Part shown: piece after piece, positions 10,117-20,019 of the stretch
How positions within the stretch are numbered: the stretch's first letter is position 1
Layout: each line of letters starts with the position of its first letter
Assembly: GCA_041178425.1 (NCBI GenBank)
Contig: JBEGVH010000030.1
Span: 128,001 to 192,000, forward strand
DNA from: Pseudomonadota bacterium
Lineage (GTDB): Bacteria > Bdellovibrionota > Bdellovibrionia > Bdellovibrionales > Bdellovibrionaceae
Direction: 5' to 3'
DNA: 64,000 bases
The notes under the pieces: model-generated
Database searches by the model: none
The model's input: only the letters and a program-made list of their open reading frames with translations
What the model was told of the DNA's origin: nothing
Translations under genes and position numbers: made by a program

Positions 10117-10506
10117 CTACCAAACCTTACAAACGAGTTCGCCGCCGATATTCTCTTTTTGAGCAGTACGGCTGCTCATCAAGCCTTTGCTCGTGCTGAG
10201 AATACAGAAACCCAATCCAGATCGAACGGCAGGAATCTTATCGCCCTTAACGTAAAAACGACGACCAGGTCTGCTTGCTCTAACAACGTCAGAGATAGCA
10301 TGCTCGCCATTGTCATTATATTTAAGGTAAACACGCATAATACCTTGTTTACTGTCTTTAGCCACCTTGAAGGACCGAATCATTCCTTCTTCTGCGAGAA
10401 TCTTAGCTAAACCCTCTCTCATTTTAGAAGAGGGAACGTCTAACTTCTCATGTCCAGAAGCACCAGCATTTCGAATTCTTGTTAAAAACTCACCAACTGT
10501 ATCCAT
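10117..10506 (-). CDS. rpsH: 30S ribosomal protein uS8
   Basis: LTRIRNA, SRPGRRFY, LSTSKG and GGELVCKVW motifs. Confidence 0.99.
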   Translation of the reverse strand: MDTVGEFLTRIRNAGASGHEKLDVPSSKMREGLAKILAEEGMIRSFKVAKDSKQGIMRVYLKYNDNGEHAISDVVRASRPGRRFYVKGDKIPAVRSGLGFCILSTSKGLMSSRTAQKENIGGELVCKVW

Positions 10507-10516
10507 TTTCTATTCC

Positions 10517-10822
10517 TTACCAACTTGATTTTGTAACGCCAGGAAGTTTACCGTCGAGGGCCAACTGTCTAAATGCTAGACGAGACAAGCCGAACTTCTG
10601 ATAATTACCACGAGGTCTGCCTGTCAACTGACAACGATTAATAACTCTAGCAGGAGAGGTATCTCTTGGTAGTTTCTGAAGCTTCAAGAAAGCAGCACTA
10701 CGTTCTTCTTCTGAAAGCTTAGGATCGATCGACTGAGCGCGAAGCTCTCTTCTCAATTTCCAAAACTTACTAGACTTTGCTTTTCTGCGATTATTTTTTT
10801 CAATAGATGCTAATCGTGCCAA
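10517..10822 (-). CDS. rpsN: 30S ribosomal protein uS14, long zinc-independent form
   Basis: 101 aa; [22 protein letters not shown]...FGLSR...[12 protein letters not shown] start with GAGGTGA RBS. Confidence 0.98.
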   Translation of the reverse strand: MARLASIEKNNRRKAKSSKFWKLRRELRAQSIDPKLSEEERSAAFLKLQKLPRDTSPARVINRCQLTGRPRGNYQKFGLSRLAFRQLALDGKLPGVTKSSW

Positions 10823-10837
10823 TTTTCACCTCGCCTA

Positions 10838-11377
10838 TTATTTTCTGAAAGGCATTCCTAATGCCTCAAGTAAAGCTTTTCCCTCTGCATCTGTCTTAGC
10901 TGAAGTACAGATTGTGATATTCATACCACGAGCTTTTTCAACTCTATCAAAGTTGATCTCAGGGAATACGATCTGCTCTTTCAAACCCATATTGTAGTTT
11001 CCACGGCCATCAAAACCTTTTGGCGGAAGACCACGGAAATCTCGGACTCTAGGAAGAGCTAGATTCATTAATTTATCCATAAAGGCGTACATCTTCTCAC
11101 GGCGAAGAGTAACTCGAGCACCAATTGCCAAACCTTCTCTAAGTTTGAAATTGGAGATCGCCTTTTTTGCATGCGTGATAACGGCCTTCTGCCCAGTGAT
11201 AGCAGTAATCTCATCAACAACAGTGTTCAAAACTTTTGGGTTTTGAATAGCTTCGCTAAGACAAACCGAGATCACGACCTTCTCAAGCTTAGGAACCTGC
11301 ATGATATTCTTAACACCCAACTGATTAACAAGTTGAGCGCTGATTTCTTTTCTGTATTTTTCTTCCAATCTATTCAT
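10838..11377 (-). CDS. rplE: 50S ribosomal protein uL5
   Basis: [24 protein letters not shown] and FDGRGNY motifs. ATG 11377 has a GAGGTGA RBS. Confidence 0.99.
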   Translation of the reverse strand: MNRLEEKYRKEISAQLVNQLGVKNIMQVPKLEKVVISVCLSEAIQNPKVLNTVVDEITAITGQKAVITHAKKAISNFKLREGLAIGARVTLRREKMYAFMDKLMNLALPRVRDFRGLPPKGFDGRGNYNMGLKEQIVFPEINFDRVEKARGMNITICTSAKTDAEGKALLEALGMPFRK

Positions 11378-11388
11378 ACGGCTCACCT

Positions 11389-11757
11389 CTATAGAACTTC
11401 CGGAGCTAAAGAAACAATCTTAACAAATTGTTTAGCTCTCAATTCTCTTGCAACTGGACCAAAAATACGAGTACCGATTGGTTCCTTAGCTGCGTTGATT
11501 AACACGGCTGAGTTGTCATCGAAACGAATATAGGTTCCGTCTGCTCTTCTAATCTGTTTTACGGTTCGAACAACAACAGCTTTCGCAACGTCGCCCTTCT
11601 TTACCTTAGCATTTGGAAGCGCTTCTTTAATAGAAACAACAATGATGTCGCCAATAGTTGCGTAACGGCGCTTTGAACCACCCAAAACCTTAATACAAGC
11701 AACCTCTTTGGCGCCTGAATTATCTGCTACTGTTAATTTAGTTTGCATCTGAATCAT
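11389..11757 (-). CDS. rplN: 50S ribosomal protein uL14
   Basis: [17 protein letters not shown]...[13 protein letters not shown]...SLAPEVL. Confidence 0.99.
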   Translation of the reverse strand: MIQMQTKLTVADNSGAKEVACIKVLGGSKRRYATIGDIIVVSIKEALPNAKVKKGDVAKAVVVRTVKQIRRADGTYIRFDDNSAVLINAAKEPIGTRIFGPVARELRAKQFVKIVSLAPEVL

Positions 11758-11764
11758 GAGCTAC

Positions 11765-12037
11765 CTACCCCTTCACCGCTTCAACAACTTCGGCAAGGAC
11801 CCAACGCTTAGTTTTGCTTAGTGGTCTAGATTCGAAAATCTTTACGGTATCACCGATCTTAGCAATGTTTTTCTCATCATGAGCCTTCATTACGGTCGTC
11901 TTCTTAACGTACTTTCCGTATTTATCGTGCTTTACCATTCTATAGGTAACAACAGAGATGGTTTTATCCATTTTGTCGCTCACTACCTGCCCGATAACTT
12001 CTACTCTTCTTCCACGAGTCGAATTATTATTTTCCAT
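11765..12037 (-). CDS. rpsQ: 30S ribosomal protein uS17
   Basis: [11 protein letters not shown]...AHDEKN...RPLSKTKRW. Confidence 0.99.
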   Translation of the reverse strand: MENNNSTRGRRVEVIGQVVSDKMDKTISVVTYRMVKHDKYGKYVKKTTVMKAHDEKNIAKIGDTVKIFESRPLSKTKRWVLAEVVEAVKG

Positions 12038-12044
12038 GTGCTAC

Positions 12045-12239
12045 CTACTTCACAGTCTTCTTTGTAGAGATTGCTGTATTGATACGTGCAATATCTTTTC
12101 TCAAAGTTCGAATCATTAAGGGGTTGCCAGCTTGTCCAATTGAATTTTTCATCTTCAAAGTGAACATTTCAGCAGCCAGTTCTTTTTTCTTCTTTGCGAG
12201 ATCCGTAATGCTTAGACTCTGCATTTCTGAGTACTTCAT
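12045..12239 (-). CDS. rpmC: 50S ribosomal protein uL29
   Basis: 64 aa with IRTLRKDIARINT; located between rplP and rpsQ. Confidence 0.96.
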   Translation of the reverse strand: MKYSEMQSLSITDLAKKKKELAAEMFTLKMKNSIGQAGNPLMIRTLRKDIARINTAISTKKTVK

Positions 12240-12242
12240 ATT

Positions 12243-12650
12243 CTACTCCCGTACCAAAATACGTGTTTTAAAAGGAAGCTTATGCTGCGCAAGAGTAAAT
12301 GCCTCTACTGCCTGCTCACGCGTAACACCGTTAATCTCAAAAAGTACGCGTCCCGGCTGAATACGCGCTACCCAAAACTCTGGATTTCCCTTACCACTAC
12401 CCATACGAGTCTCAGCAGGTTTCTTTGTTACAGGTGTATGTGGAAATACTCTGACCCACATCTTACCACCACGCTTCACGCTTCTAGAGATGGCGATACG
12501 ACCAGCTTCAAGTTGGCGAGCAGTAAGCATGCCATCTTCGACTGCCTGTAGACCAAAATCTCCGAAATCCAATTTATTACCTTTAGAGGCTACACCGCCT
12601 CCGCGTCCGACATGCTGCTTACGCCATTTAACTCGCTTAGGACTTAACAC
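12243..12650 (-). CDS. rplP: 50S ribosomal protein uL16
   Basis: [12 protein letters not shown]...[14 protein letters not shown]. Confidence 0.99.
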   Translation of the reverse strand: MLSPKRVKWRKQHVGRGGGVASKGNKLDFGDFGLQAVEDGMLTARQLEAGRIAISRSVKRGGKMWVRVFPHTPVTKKPAETRMGSGKGNPEFWVARIQPGRVLFEINGVTREQAVEAFTLAQHKLPFKTRILVRE

Positions 12651-13302
12651 GACCAGCCTCCTCTACTTCACGCTGAGAAAGGATATCACCTTTATAGATC
12701 CAAACTTTCAAACCAATGATGCCATATGCAGTAAGAGCCTCAGCAGTACCATAATCAATGTCGGCACGAAGAGTGTGCAAAGGCACGGACTTTTCATTGT
12801 ACCATTCAGAACGTGCAATCTCAGCACCATCTAAACGACCAGAAACACGAACTTTTATTCCACGAACGCCGCCACGAATCGCAGCTGCAATGGCTTTCTT
12901 CATCGCTCTACGCCAAGAAATACGCTTTTCAAGTTGAAGCGCGATAGATTCCGCAACTAATTGAGCATCGATATCAGGCTTACGAACTTCTTGAATGCTC
13001 AAGAAAACTTCGTTTGGAGTCTGTTTTTGAACTTCAGCTCTCAAGGAATCAATCCCTGTGCCTTTTTTTCCAATCACAACACCAGGACGAGCTGTGTGGA
13101 TGATGATTTTAATCTTTTTAACCGCACGCTCCATTTCGATCTTTGCAACTCCAGCATGCTTAAGCTTTTGCTTAAGAAACTTACGGAGCTTGATATCTTC
13201 ATGAAGATTGTCAAAATAGTTTTGACCCTTGGCGTACCAACGAGAGTCCCAAGTACGAATAACACCAACACGCAATCCAATTGGATTTACCTTCTGTCCC
13301 AC
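12637..13302 (-). CDS. rpsC: 30S ribosomal protein uS3
   Basis: [13 protein letters not shown]...[13 protein letters not shown]...[11 protein letters not shown]. Confidence 0.99.
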   Translation of the reverse strand: MGQKVNPIGLRVGVIRTWDSRWYAKGQNYFDNLHEDIKLRKFLKQKLKHAGVAKIEMERAVKKIKIIIHTARPGVVIGKKGTGIDSLRAEVQKQTPNEVFLSIQEVRKPDIDAQLVAESIALQLEKRISWRRAMKKAIAAAIRGGVRGIKVRVSGRLDGAEIARSEWYNEKSVPLHTLRADIDYGTAEALTAYGIIGLKVWIYKGDILSQREVEEAGRVKS

Positions 13303-13304
13303 GA

Positions 13305-13637
13305 TTACCTCTCACCCAAAATTAAATTGATGTGACTAGTCTTTTTCATTACGCCGTAAGCACGACCCTGAGCTCGTGGGCGGAATCTCTTCAAAGAAGG
13401 ACCACCATCCACAGAAATCATCTTAACGAAAAGGTTGTCTGAGTCGACAGTTCCTTTTACGTCAGCGTTTGCAACCGCAGACTCAATGAGTTTTTTGATC
13501 ATTACAGCAGTTTTTTTATCGGAAAACTTAAGAATCTTTAGTGCATCAGAAACGTCTTTACCACGTACAAGATCAGCTACCAATCTTGCTTTCTGAGCGC
13601 CAACTCTTGCATATTTTAAACTTGCCTTTACTTCCAT
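13305..13637 (-). CDS. rplV: 50S ribosomal protein uL22
   Basis: [17 protein letters not shown] and [11 protein letters not shown] motifs. Confidence 0.99.
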   Translation of the reverse strand: MEVKASLKYARVGAQKARLVADLVRGKDVSDALKILKFSDKKTAVMIKKLIESAVANADVKGTVDSDNLFVKMISVDGGPSLKRFRPRAQGRAYGVMKKTSHINLILGER

Positions 13638-13646
13638 TAGCTACCT

Positions 13647-13937
13647 CTACTTCTTACCTGGAGCAGGTGCCGCGGCTTTCTTTTCTGCGTGACCTGTAAA
13701 TGTCCTAGTTGGAGCGAATTCGCCAAGTTTGTGTCCGATCATGTTTTCAGTAACATAAACTGGTACAAACTTTTTTCCGTTATGAACGGCGAACGTCAAA
13801 CCTAGGCAATCTGGTGTTACCATAGAACGACGAGACCATGTTTTAATGACCTTCTTATCGTTCTTCTCGATAGCGTACTCAATCTTTTTTGATAATTGAT
13901 GGTCCATGAAAGGACCTTTTTTAGTTGAACGAGCCAC
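13647..13937 (-). CDS. rpsS: 30S ribosomal protein uS19
   Basis: KKGPF, KTWSRRS and [13 protein letters not shown] motifs. Confidence 0.99.
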   Translation of the reverse strand: MARSTKKGPFMDHQLSKKIEYAIEKNDKKVIKTWSRRSMVTPDCLGLTFAVHNGKKFVPVYVTENMIGHKLGEFAPTRTFTGHAEKKAAAPAPGKK

Positions 13938-13948
13938 GAGCTTCTCCC

Positions 13949-14767
13949 TTACCTACGTCTCTTAACAATGCTGCTGTTAGTACGTTTGTTGTTTCTAGTC
14001 TTATAGCCTTTACATGGTTTTCCCCAAGGAGTAACAGGGTGATGCCCCTTACCAACTCCCTCACCACCACCAAGTGGGTGATCGACAGGGTTCATAGCCA
14101 TACCACGAACTGTAGGGCGGATACCACGCCAGCGAGTCCGACCCGCTTTACCAAGACTAAGATTCTCATTATCTGTGTTTCCAACTTGACCAATACTTGC
14201 TCGGCAAACTGAAAGTATCAACTTCACTTCACCAGAAGGTAAGCGAACTTGGCAGTATTGTCCCTCTTTAGAAACAAGCGTCGCCTGAGCGCCAGCGCCT
14301 CTAGCAATTTGAGCGCCCTTACCAGGACGAATTTCGATATTATGGATAACTGTACCAACTGGGATTGCCTGCAAAGGCAGAGCATTTCCAGGCTTAATAT
14401 CAGCCTTTTCACTTGAAAGAACTGTGTCTCCAACATTCAATCCAACGGGGGCAACAATATATGCCTTTTGACCATCACGGTAATGAAGAAGAGCAATACG
14501 AGCCGTTCTATTGGGATCGTATTCGATAGCAGCAACAGTGGCTGGCACTTCAACTTTATGGCGAATAAAATCAACAAGACGGTAACGTCTCTTATGCCCA
14601 CCACCTCTGTGTCGAATAGTGATTTGTCCGTGGTTACCACGACCAGAATCCTTGTTTAGCGGCAGGGTTAATGATTTTTCTGGACGAGACTTTGTGATCT
14701 CAGAAAAGTCGAAGCCAGTTGCGCCGCGACTTCCGTGTGATCTTGGAGAATAAACTTTAATTCCCAT
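13949..14767 (-). CDS. rplB: 50S ribosomal protein uL2
   Basis: [24 protein letters not shown] and [17 protein letters not shown] motifs. Confidence 0.99.
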   Translation of the reverse strand: MGIKVYSPRSHGSRGATGFDFSEITKSRPEKSLTLPLNKDSGRGNHGQITIRHRGGGHKRRYRLVDFIRHKVEVPATVAAIEYDPNRTARIALLHYRDGQKAYIVAPVGLNVGDTVLSSEKADIKPGNALPLQAIPVGTVIHNIEIRPGKGAQIARGAGAQATLVSKEGQYCQVRLPSGEVKLILSVCRASIGQVGNTDNENLSLGKAGRTRWRGIRPTVRGMAMNPVDHPLGGGEGVGKGHHPVTPWGKPCKGYKTRNNKRTNSSIVKRRR

Positions 14768-14769
14768 AT

Positions 14770-15048
14770 TTAAACCCCTTCAAATACCGCAATTTTTTGA
14801 CCAGACTTCAACTTAACGAAGGCCTTTTTTGAGTAAGAAACCTTACCCAAGCCAAAACGTGTTCTCTTCGCGCGGTGACGAGAAACACTTGTATTTATTT
14901 TACTAACATTTACTTTGAACTGCTCTTCAACTGTTCGCTTAATATCAGCTTTAGTAGACTCAACAGTACAATCAAAAACATAAACGCCATCAGCTTGTCG
15001 GTAGGCATTCTTTTCAGTGATTAGTGGACGCAAGACTGTATTCTTCAT
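14770..15048 (-). CDS. rplW: 50S ribosomal protein uL23
   Basis: RPLITEK...[13 protein letters not shown]; located between rplD and rplB. Confidence 0.97.
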   Translation of the reverse strand: MKNTVLRPLITEKNAYRQADGVYVFDCTVESTKADIKRTVEEQFKVNVSKINTSVSRHRAKRTRFGLGKVSYSKKAFVKLKSGQKIAVFEGV

Positions 15049-15050
15049 GC

Positions 15051-15677
15051 TTACCCCTCAAGGCTGCAACGAGCAGCAATCTTCTCAACAGCATTTTGAC
15101 TAACCACAACGCTGTCGTATTTTAATAAGTCATAAACATTCAAGCCAGCAACACCAACATACTTGAACTTCTGAAGGTTCTTAGTTGCTCTCAAAACCAT
15201 TTCATTTGCAGCATCATCTACAACGAAAGCCTTATTAAGACCCAATCCAATAAGCTTAGTGCTCATGTCTTTCGTCTTTCCAGTTGACTCAATTTCGTTG
15301 ATAACGATGAGCTTTCCTTCTTTAACGAGATGAGACAACGCTACAGACAAAGCTACTTTTTTGAATTTTTTAGGAAGAGCATAAGTATATGATCGCGGCT
15401 GAGGACCAAAAGCAGTACCACCACCAGGCATTAAGATTGAACGATTAGAACCCTGACGAGCTCCGCCGGTACCTTTTTGCTTAAATGGCTTTTTACCACC
15501 ACCACTCACTAGACCTTTTGTTTTAGTCATATGAGTACCTTGGCGACGAGAAGCCAACTGCCAACGAACCATTTCATGAAGGACTTCAGTTGAGATTTCT
15601 CTTCCAAACACTTTTGGATCAAGCTCAATTTTTCCAACTTTTTCTTTTTTCCAGTTTAAAACATCTTGAACTAACAT
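15051..15677 (-). CDS. rplD: 50S ribosomal protein uL4
   Basis: RQGTH.TK, VSGGGKKPFKQKGTGGARQGS and GGGTAFGPQPR motifs. Confidence 0.99.
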   Translation of the reverse strand: MLVQDVLNWKKEKVGKIELDPKVFGREISTEVLHEMVRWQLASRRQGTHMTKTKGLVSGGGKKPFKQKGTGGARQGSNRSILMPGGGTAFGPQPRSYTYALPKKFKKVALSVALSHLVKEGKLIVINEIESTGKTKDMSTKLIGLGLNKAFVVDDAANEMVLRATKNLQKFKYVGVAGLNVYDLLKYDSVVVSQNAVEKIAARCSLEG

Positions 15678-15679
15678 GA

Positions 15680-16348
15680 TTACGCCCTTGTCAATTTCAC
15701 GAGTGAATTTCTTGCTCCAGGAACTGGTCCCTTAACAAGAACAACATTGTGCTCTTCGATGATGTCGACAACTTCAACGTTTTTAACCGTTACAGCTTCA
15801 ACACCCCAGTGACCAGGAAACTTCTTGCCCGGCATAACACGACCTGGCCATGTTCTGTTACCAGATGAACCAGGGCGACGATGGAACTTAGAACCGTGAG
15901 CAGCAGGGCCGCCCGCCATTCCCCAGCGCTTTACAACACCAGCAAATCCATGCCCCTTAGAGACACCAGCAACATTTACTGTATCACCTTTAGTCAAGCT
16001 ATTGATAGAAACCGTGCTTCCCAACAACTCACCCGCTGGCAACTCCTGACGAAGCTCTTTTACATAAGCCGCACCAGCTGACAAACCAGACTTTGCAAAG
16101 TGACCTTTTTCAGCTTTTGAAGTATTCTTCTCAGCTTTAGAACCACAAGCCAACTGCAATGCAGAGTAACCGTCTTTTTCAACAGTTTTAACTTGTGAAA
16201 CAGTCAAAGTTTCATAACGTAGAACCGTTACAGGAATAGCCTCACCAGCTGCTCCATAAACAGTCGACATACCTTCTTTAAATAAAAAGAGCCCATTTAG
16301 TTTAAGCTCATTTTTGGTATTTGCTTGCGCAGTATTAGTATCGCTCAC
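15680..16348 (-). CDS. rplC: 50S ribosomal protein uL3
   Basis: KEGMST, GVSKGHGFAGVVKRW, HRRPGS and KGPVPGA motifs. Confidence 0.98.
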   Translation of the reverse strand: MSDTNTAQANTKNELKLNGLFLFKEGMSTVYGAAGEAIPVTVLRYETLTVSQVKTVEKDGYSALQLACGSKAEKNTSKAEKGHFAKSGLSAGAAYVKELRQELPAGELLGSTVSINSLTKGDTVNVAGVSKGHGFAGVVKRWGMAGGPAAHGSKFHRRPGSSGNRTWPGRVMPGKKFPGHWGVEAVTVKNVEVVDIIEEHNVVLVKGPVPGARNSLVKLTRA

Positions 16349-16360
16349 AATACACTCCCA

Positions 16361-16678
16361 TTATACGACAGACAATTTAATCTCAACATCAACACCCGCA
16401 GACAGATCAAGCTTCATGAGCTGATCAATTGTTTGCTGAGTGGGCTCCAAAATATCCAACATTCTCTTGTGCGTTCGAATTTCGAACTGCTCACGAGATT
16501 TTTTATCTACGTGCGGAGATCTGAGGACTGTAAATTTATTGATCCTTGTTGGAAGAGGAATTGGGCCTGCGATCTTTGCACCAGTTCTTCTTGCAGTGTC
16601 GACAATTTCCCTAGTCGATTGATCTAGGAGCTTGTGATCAAAAGCTTTAAGGCGAATTCTGATCTTCTGACTTTGCAT
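16361..16678 (-). CDS. rpsJ: 30S ribosomal protein uS10
   Basis: [16 protein letters not shown]...[14 protein letters not shown]. Confidence 0.99.
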   Translation of the reverse strand: MQSQKIRIRLKAFDHKLLDQSTREIVDTARRTGAKIAGPIPLPTRINKFTVLRSPHVDKKSREQFEIRTHKRMLDILEPTQQTIDQLMKLDLSAGVDVEIKLSVV

Positions 16679-16800
16679 ACTACTCTCATTTAGTTGTTCG
16701 TTTTTGCCATGCCATCAATTCGTTTTTCCGGAAGAGGAATTTGAACAATCCCTAAAGGTTTTCCGATCGAATCTGGCTACTTTAAAAGCGTTAGGCCGGT

Positions 16801-16829
16801 ACTATCTTGAATCCGGCCCCTCTAGTCAA
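16801..16829 (-). promoter_or_regulatory. Putative sigma70 promoter of the S10 operon
   Basis: TTGACT-17 nt-GATAGT on the minus strand just downstream of the fusA stop. Confidence 0.55.
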
Positions 16830-16837
16830 GAAGAAAT

Positions 16838-18931
16838 TTAAAATCTTCCCATTGTTTTTAATAATTCATCAGCCGCCTTTGGAGATAATGCCGCATACTC
16901 CTTAAATTCCATGGAGAAGCTTGCTCGCCCCTGACTGACTGATCGTAAATCAGTTGCATATCCAAAAAGCTTGCCAAGAGGAGCCTCCGCCTGAACGACA
17001 TGCATCGCCCCTTTCATCGCCATAGATAAAACTTTGCCTTTTCGGCTATTTAGGTCAGAGACAACGTTTCCAATGAAGTTTTCAGGAGATACAATTTCGA
17101 GCTTAAAAACAGGCTCTAAAAGCTTTACAGCGGCGCTCTTTAGCGCCTCCCTCAAAGCCATTGATGCTGCTGCTTTAAAAGCCATTTCAGACGACTTAAT
17201 CGGATCAACTTGAATATCTAAAAGTTGAACTCGAGTTTGAATTACAGGAAAGCTTGAAAGCGGCCCAACATCTAAGCCCTCTCGAAGTCCATTTTCAATG
17301 GCCAGCATAAATTCCTTAGGCGCCGACGGAAAGGAACCCATCTCCACCGGGTTGGCGGCGGAACTGTCTGGAATAACTCGAACTTTCACGAACGCAAAAG
17401 CTTCATCTCCCCCCAATACTCTTTCGTAGCGGCATTCACCTACAGCCTCCTGGGTGGCAGCCTCGCGATAGGAAACCTGAGGCTTGCCCGCATTGACCTG
17501 AACCTTATGCTCCCTGTTTAAGCGGTCCATTAAGATTTCAAGGTGCAATTCTCCCATTCCCGAAAGTAAAGTCTGCCCAGTCTCAGGATCCATTTTAAGT
17601 CTGGCCGAAGGATCCTCTTTTACTAGCTTTTGCAATCCTGCCATCATTTTTTCTTGATCCATTGAAGACTTCGCCTCTACAGCAACAGAAATAACCGGCT
17701 CTGGAGTTTTAATGGATTCAAAAACCACCTGGCGCTGAGGACTACACAATGTATCACCGGTTCCGGTATTCTTTAGACCCACAATCGCCCCCAAATCACC
17801 TGCCTTTAAACAAGGGATCTCGAGTCGTGAATTGGCATGCATGCGGACAATTTTTTGGATACGTTCTTTTTTATTTTCGCGAGGATTAATTACCTGATCG
17901 CCAACTTTTAATTCTCCCGAGTAAACCCGAACATAGGTCAGGCTTCCGGCAAAAGGATCCGATGCGATTTTAAATGCTAATGCTGCGACCGGCTCTTGAA
18001 AGTCTACCTTACACTCAATTTGTTTATCTGGATCCAAGGGGAACGTACCCACCACAGAACCCACATCCAGAGGACTAGGTAACAGTTCTACCGCCGCATC
18101 TAAGAGCGGCTGAATACCACGATTTTTGAATGATGCCCCACAGAGCACAGGGATAATATTTAACGAGAGCACACCCTTGCGAAGAATCGCCTTAAGCGCA
18201 TCGATTGAAATCTCCTCTCCAGATAAATACTTTTCCACCAGAACATCGTCGAGCTCCACAATTCTCTCGACAAGTTGATTGCGATAAGAATTTGCGAGAT
18301 CAATCAAGTCTTCAGGAATATCAGCCTCTCGACTCGCTTCGCCCTTTGTTCCCTGATCCCAAAAAAGCGCTTTCTGTGACAAAAGATCAACAACACCAAC
18401 AAACCCTTCTTCACGACCAATAGGAATTTGTAGCGGCAATGGATTTACACCAAGTCGCTCTTTGATCGAATCCAGACAGGCAAAGAAATCAGAACCAACT
18501 CTATCCATTTTATTTACAAAACAAATTCTAGGTACCTTGTACCTATCCGCCTGACGCCAAACAGTTTCTGTTTGAGGCTCAACACCACTCACTCCGTCGA
18601 ATAAAACAATAGCACCATCAAGCACCCTGAGGCTTCGCTCGACCTCGATAGTAAAATCTACGTGCCCTGGAGTATCAATTAAGTTAAGTCTGTGATTCTT
18701 CCACTCACAGGTTGTCGCTGCAGCCGTAATGGTAATCCCACGCTCCTGCTCTTGCTCCATCCAGTCCATGACAGTATCACCATCATGAACCTCTCCAATC
18801 TTATGACTCTTTCCTGTATAAAAAAGAATTCGCTCCGTCGTTGTCGTTTTGCCCGCATCAATATGGGCCATGATCCCAAAATTACGAGTGAACACCAAAT
18901 CTTCGGGCTTTTGAGGATCTTTAAAGGACAT
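16838..18931 (-). CDS. fusA: Elongation factor G, divergent (EF-G2/spdEFG2-like)
   Basis: [23 protein letters not shown] and GMGELHLEI are intact; the domain IV loops are non-canonical; follows rpsG. Confidence 0.95.
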   Translation of the reverse strand: MSFKDPQKPEDLVFTRNFGIMAHIDAGKTTTTERILFYTGKSHKIGEVHDGDTVMDWMEQEQERGITITAAATTCEWKNHRLNLIDTPGHVDFTIEVERSLRVLDGAIVLFDGVSGVEPQTETVWRQADRYKVPRICFVNKMDRVGSDFFACLDSIKERLGVNPLPLQIPIGREEGFVGVVDLLSQKALFWDQGTKGEASREADIPEDLIDLANSYRNQLVERIVELDDVLVEKYLSGEEISIDALKAILRKGVLSLNIIPVLCGASFKNRGIQPLLDAAVELLPSPLDVGSVVGTFPLDPDKQIECKVDFQEPVAALAFKIASDPFAGSLTYVRVYSGELKVGDQVINPRENKKERIQKIVRMHANSRLEIPCLKAGDLGAIVGLKNTGTGDTLCSPQRQVVFESIKTPEPVISVAVEAKSSMDQEKMMAGLQKLVKEDPSARLKMDPETGQTLLSGMGELHLEILMDRLNREHKVQVNAGKPQVSYREAATQEAVGECRYERVLGGDEAFAFVKVRVIPDSSAANPVEMGSFPSAPKEFMLAIENGLREGLDVGPLSSFPVIQTRVQLLDIQVDPIKSSEMAFKAAASMALREALKSAAVKLLEPVFKLEIVSPENFIGNVVSDLNSRKGKVLSMAMKGAMHVVQAEAPLGKLFGYATDLRSVSQGRASFSMEFKEYAALSPKAADELLKTMGRF

Positions 18932-18999
18932 ATCTATCTCCGTATTCGTGTAACTCTTGCATTTGTAGCCATTCCCGACACTTCCGCAAGAAAAAAGGC

Positions 19000-19031
19000 A
19001 AAAAAAAAGGAGACCAAGAGGCCTCCTTTTT
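19000..19031 (-). terminator. Intrinsic terminator between rpsG and fusA
   Basis: Minus strand AGGAGGCC-TCTT-GGTCTCCT followed by a run of 8 more T. Confidence 0.85.
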
Positions 19032-19053
19032 ACTTAAAAACTAAATCTGACAA

Positions 19054-19524
19054 CTACCAGTTGTAGTGAGAGAAAGCCTTGTTAGCTTCTGCCATGCGGT
19101 GAACGTCATCTTTTTTCTTAATAGCGTTACCGCGATTGTTGTAAGCATCAACAAGCTCACTCGCCAAGCGCTTTGCAAAATCTTTTTCACCACGCTCACG
19201 AGCATTTGCAACAATCCACTTCATAGCTAAAGCTAAACGACGTGAAGGACGAACATCAACTGGAACCTGATAAGTTGCTCCACCTACTCGGCGAGAACGA
19301 ACTTCAATTGATGGCTTAACATTCTCAACTGCTTTTTTGAAAGCAACTAATGGCTCGTCGCCAGTCTTGCCCTTTAACTCATCTAACGCACCATAAAAAA
19401 GAGATTGAGCTACGCTTCTCTTTCCATCGTACATCATTCTGTTAATAAACTTTGTTACAACCACATCCTTGTAAATTGGATCAGGAAGAACTTCTCTTTT
19501 GTAAGAACCTTTTCTACGAGACAT
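19054..19524 (-). CDS. rpsG: 30S ribosomal protein uS7
   Basis: [15 protein letters not shown] and [13 protein letters not shown] motifs. Confidence 0.99.
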   Translation of the reverse strand: MSRRKGSYKREVLPDPIYKDVVVTKFINRMMYDGKRSVAQSLFYGALDELKGKTGDEPLVAFKKAVENVKPSIEVRSRRVGGATYQVPVDVRPSRRLALAMKWIVANARERGEKDFAKRLASELVDAYNNRGNAIKKKDDVHRMAEANKAFSHYNW

Positions 19525-19542
19525 ACCAGCATTCCCTCTTAA

Positions 19543-19917
19543 TTATTTTTTAGGTCTCTTTGTACCATACTTAGAACGGCTACGAAGACGACCGTTCACA
19601 CCCTGAAGATCCAACACACCGCGAACGATGTGATATCTAACACCCGGAAGATCTTTTACCCGTCCACCACGAATCAAGACAACTGAGTGCTCTTGCAAGT
19701 TGTGTCCGATACCAGGAATGTATGAGGTAACCTCATATCCGTTCGATAATCTTACACGCGCAACTTTACGGAGAGCTGAGTTAGGCTTCTTAGGAGTTGT
19801 AGTATACACGCGAGTGCAAACACCACGACGTTGAGGACACGAAGTCAAAGCAGGAGACTTAGTGTTGTTTTTCTGTACAATACGCTCACTTTTGATGAGC
19901 TGGTTTATAGTAGGCAT
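19543..19917 (-). CDS. rpsL: 30S ribosomal protein uS12
   Basis: [18 protein letters not shown] and [11 protein letters not shown] motifs. Confidence 0.99.
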   Translation of the reverse strand: MPTINQLIKSERIVQKNNTKSPALTSCPQRRGVCTRVYTTTPKKPNSALRKVARVRLSNGYEVTSYIPGIGHNLQEHSVVLIRGGRVKDLPGVRYHIVRGVLDLQGVNGRLRSRSKYGTKRPKK

Positions 19918-19962
19918 TATATTCCCCTTTAACTATTTCAAAAATAACCTGCCGAGCGGCGA

Positions 19963-19991
19963 GACTTACCTGTTTTTTAAATACAGGTCAA
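19963..19991 (-). promoter_or_regulatory. Putative sigma70 promoter of rpsL
   Basis: TTGACC-17 nt-TAAGTC on the minus strand. Confidence 0.45.
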
Positions 19992-20009
19992 GGCATAACC
20001 TTGACCTGT
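19983..20009 (-). terminator. Stem-loop after rpoC (terminator or processing site)
   Basis: ACAGGTCAAGG-CATAA-CCTTGACCTGT, a perfect 11-bp stem; the U tract is weak. Confidence 0.6.
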
Positions 20010-20019
20010 TCGTAGTTTT

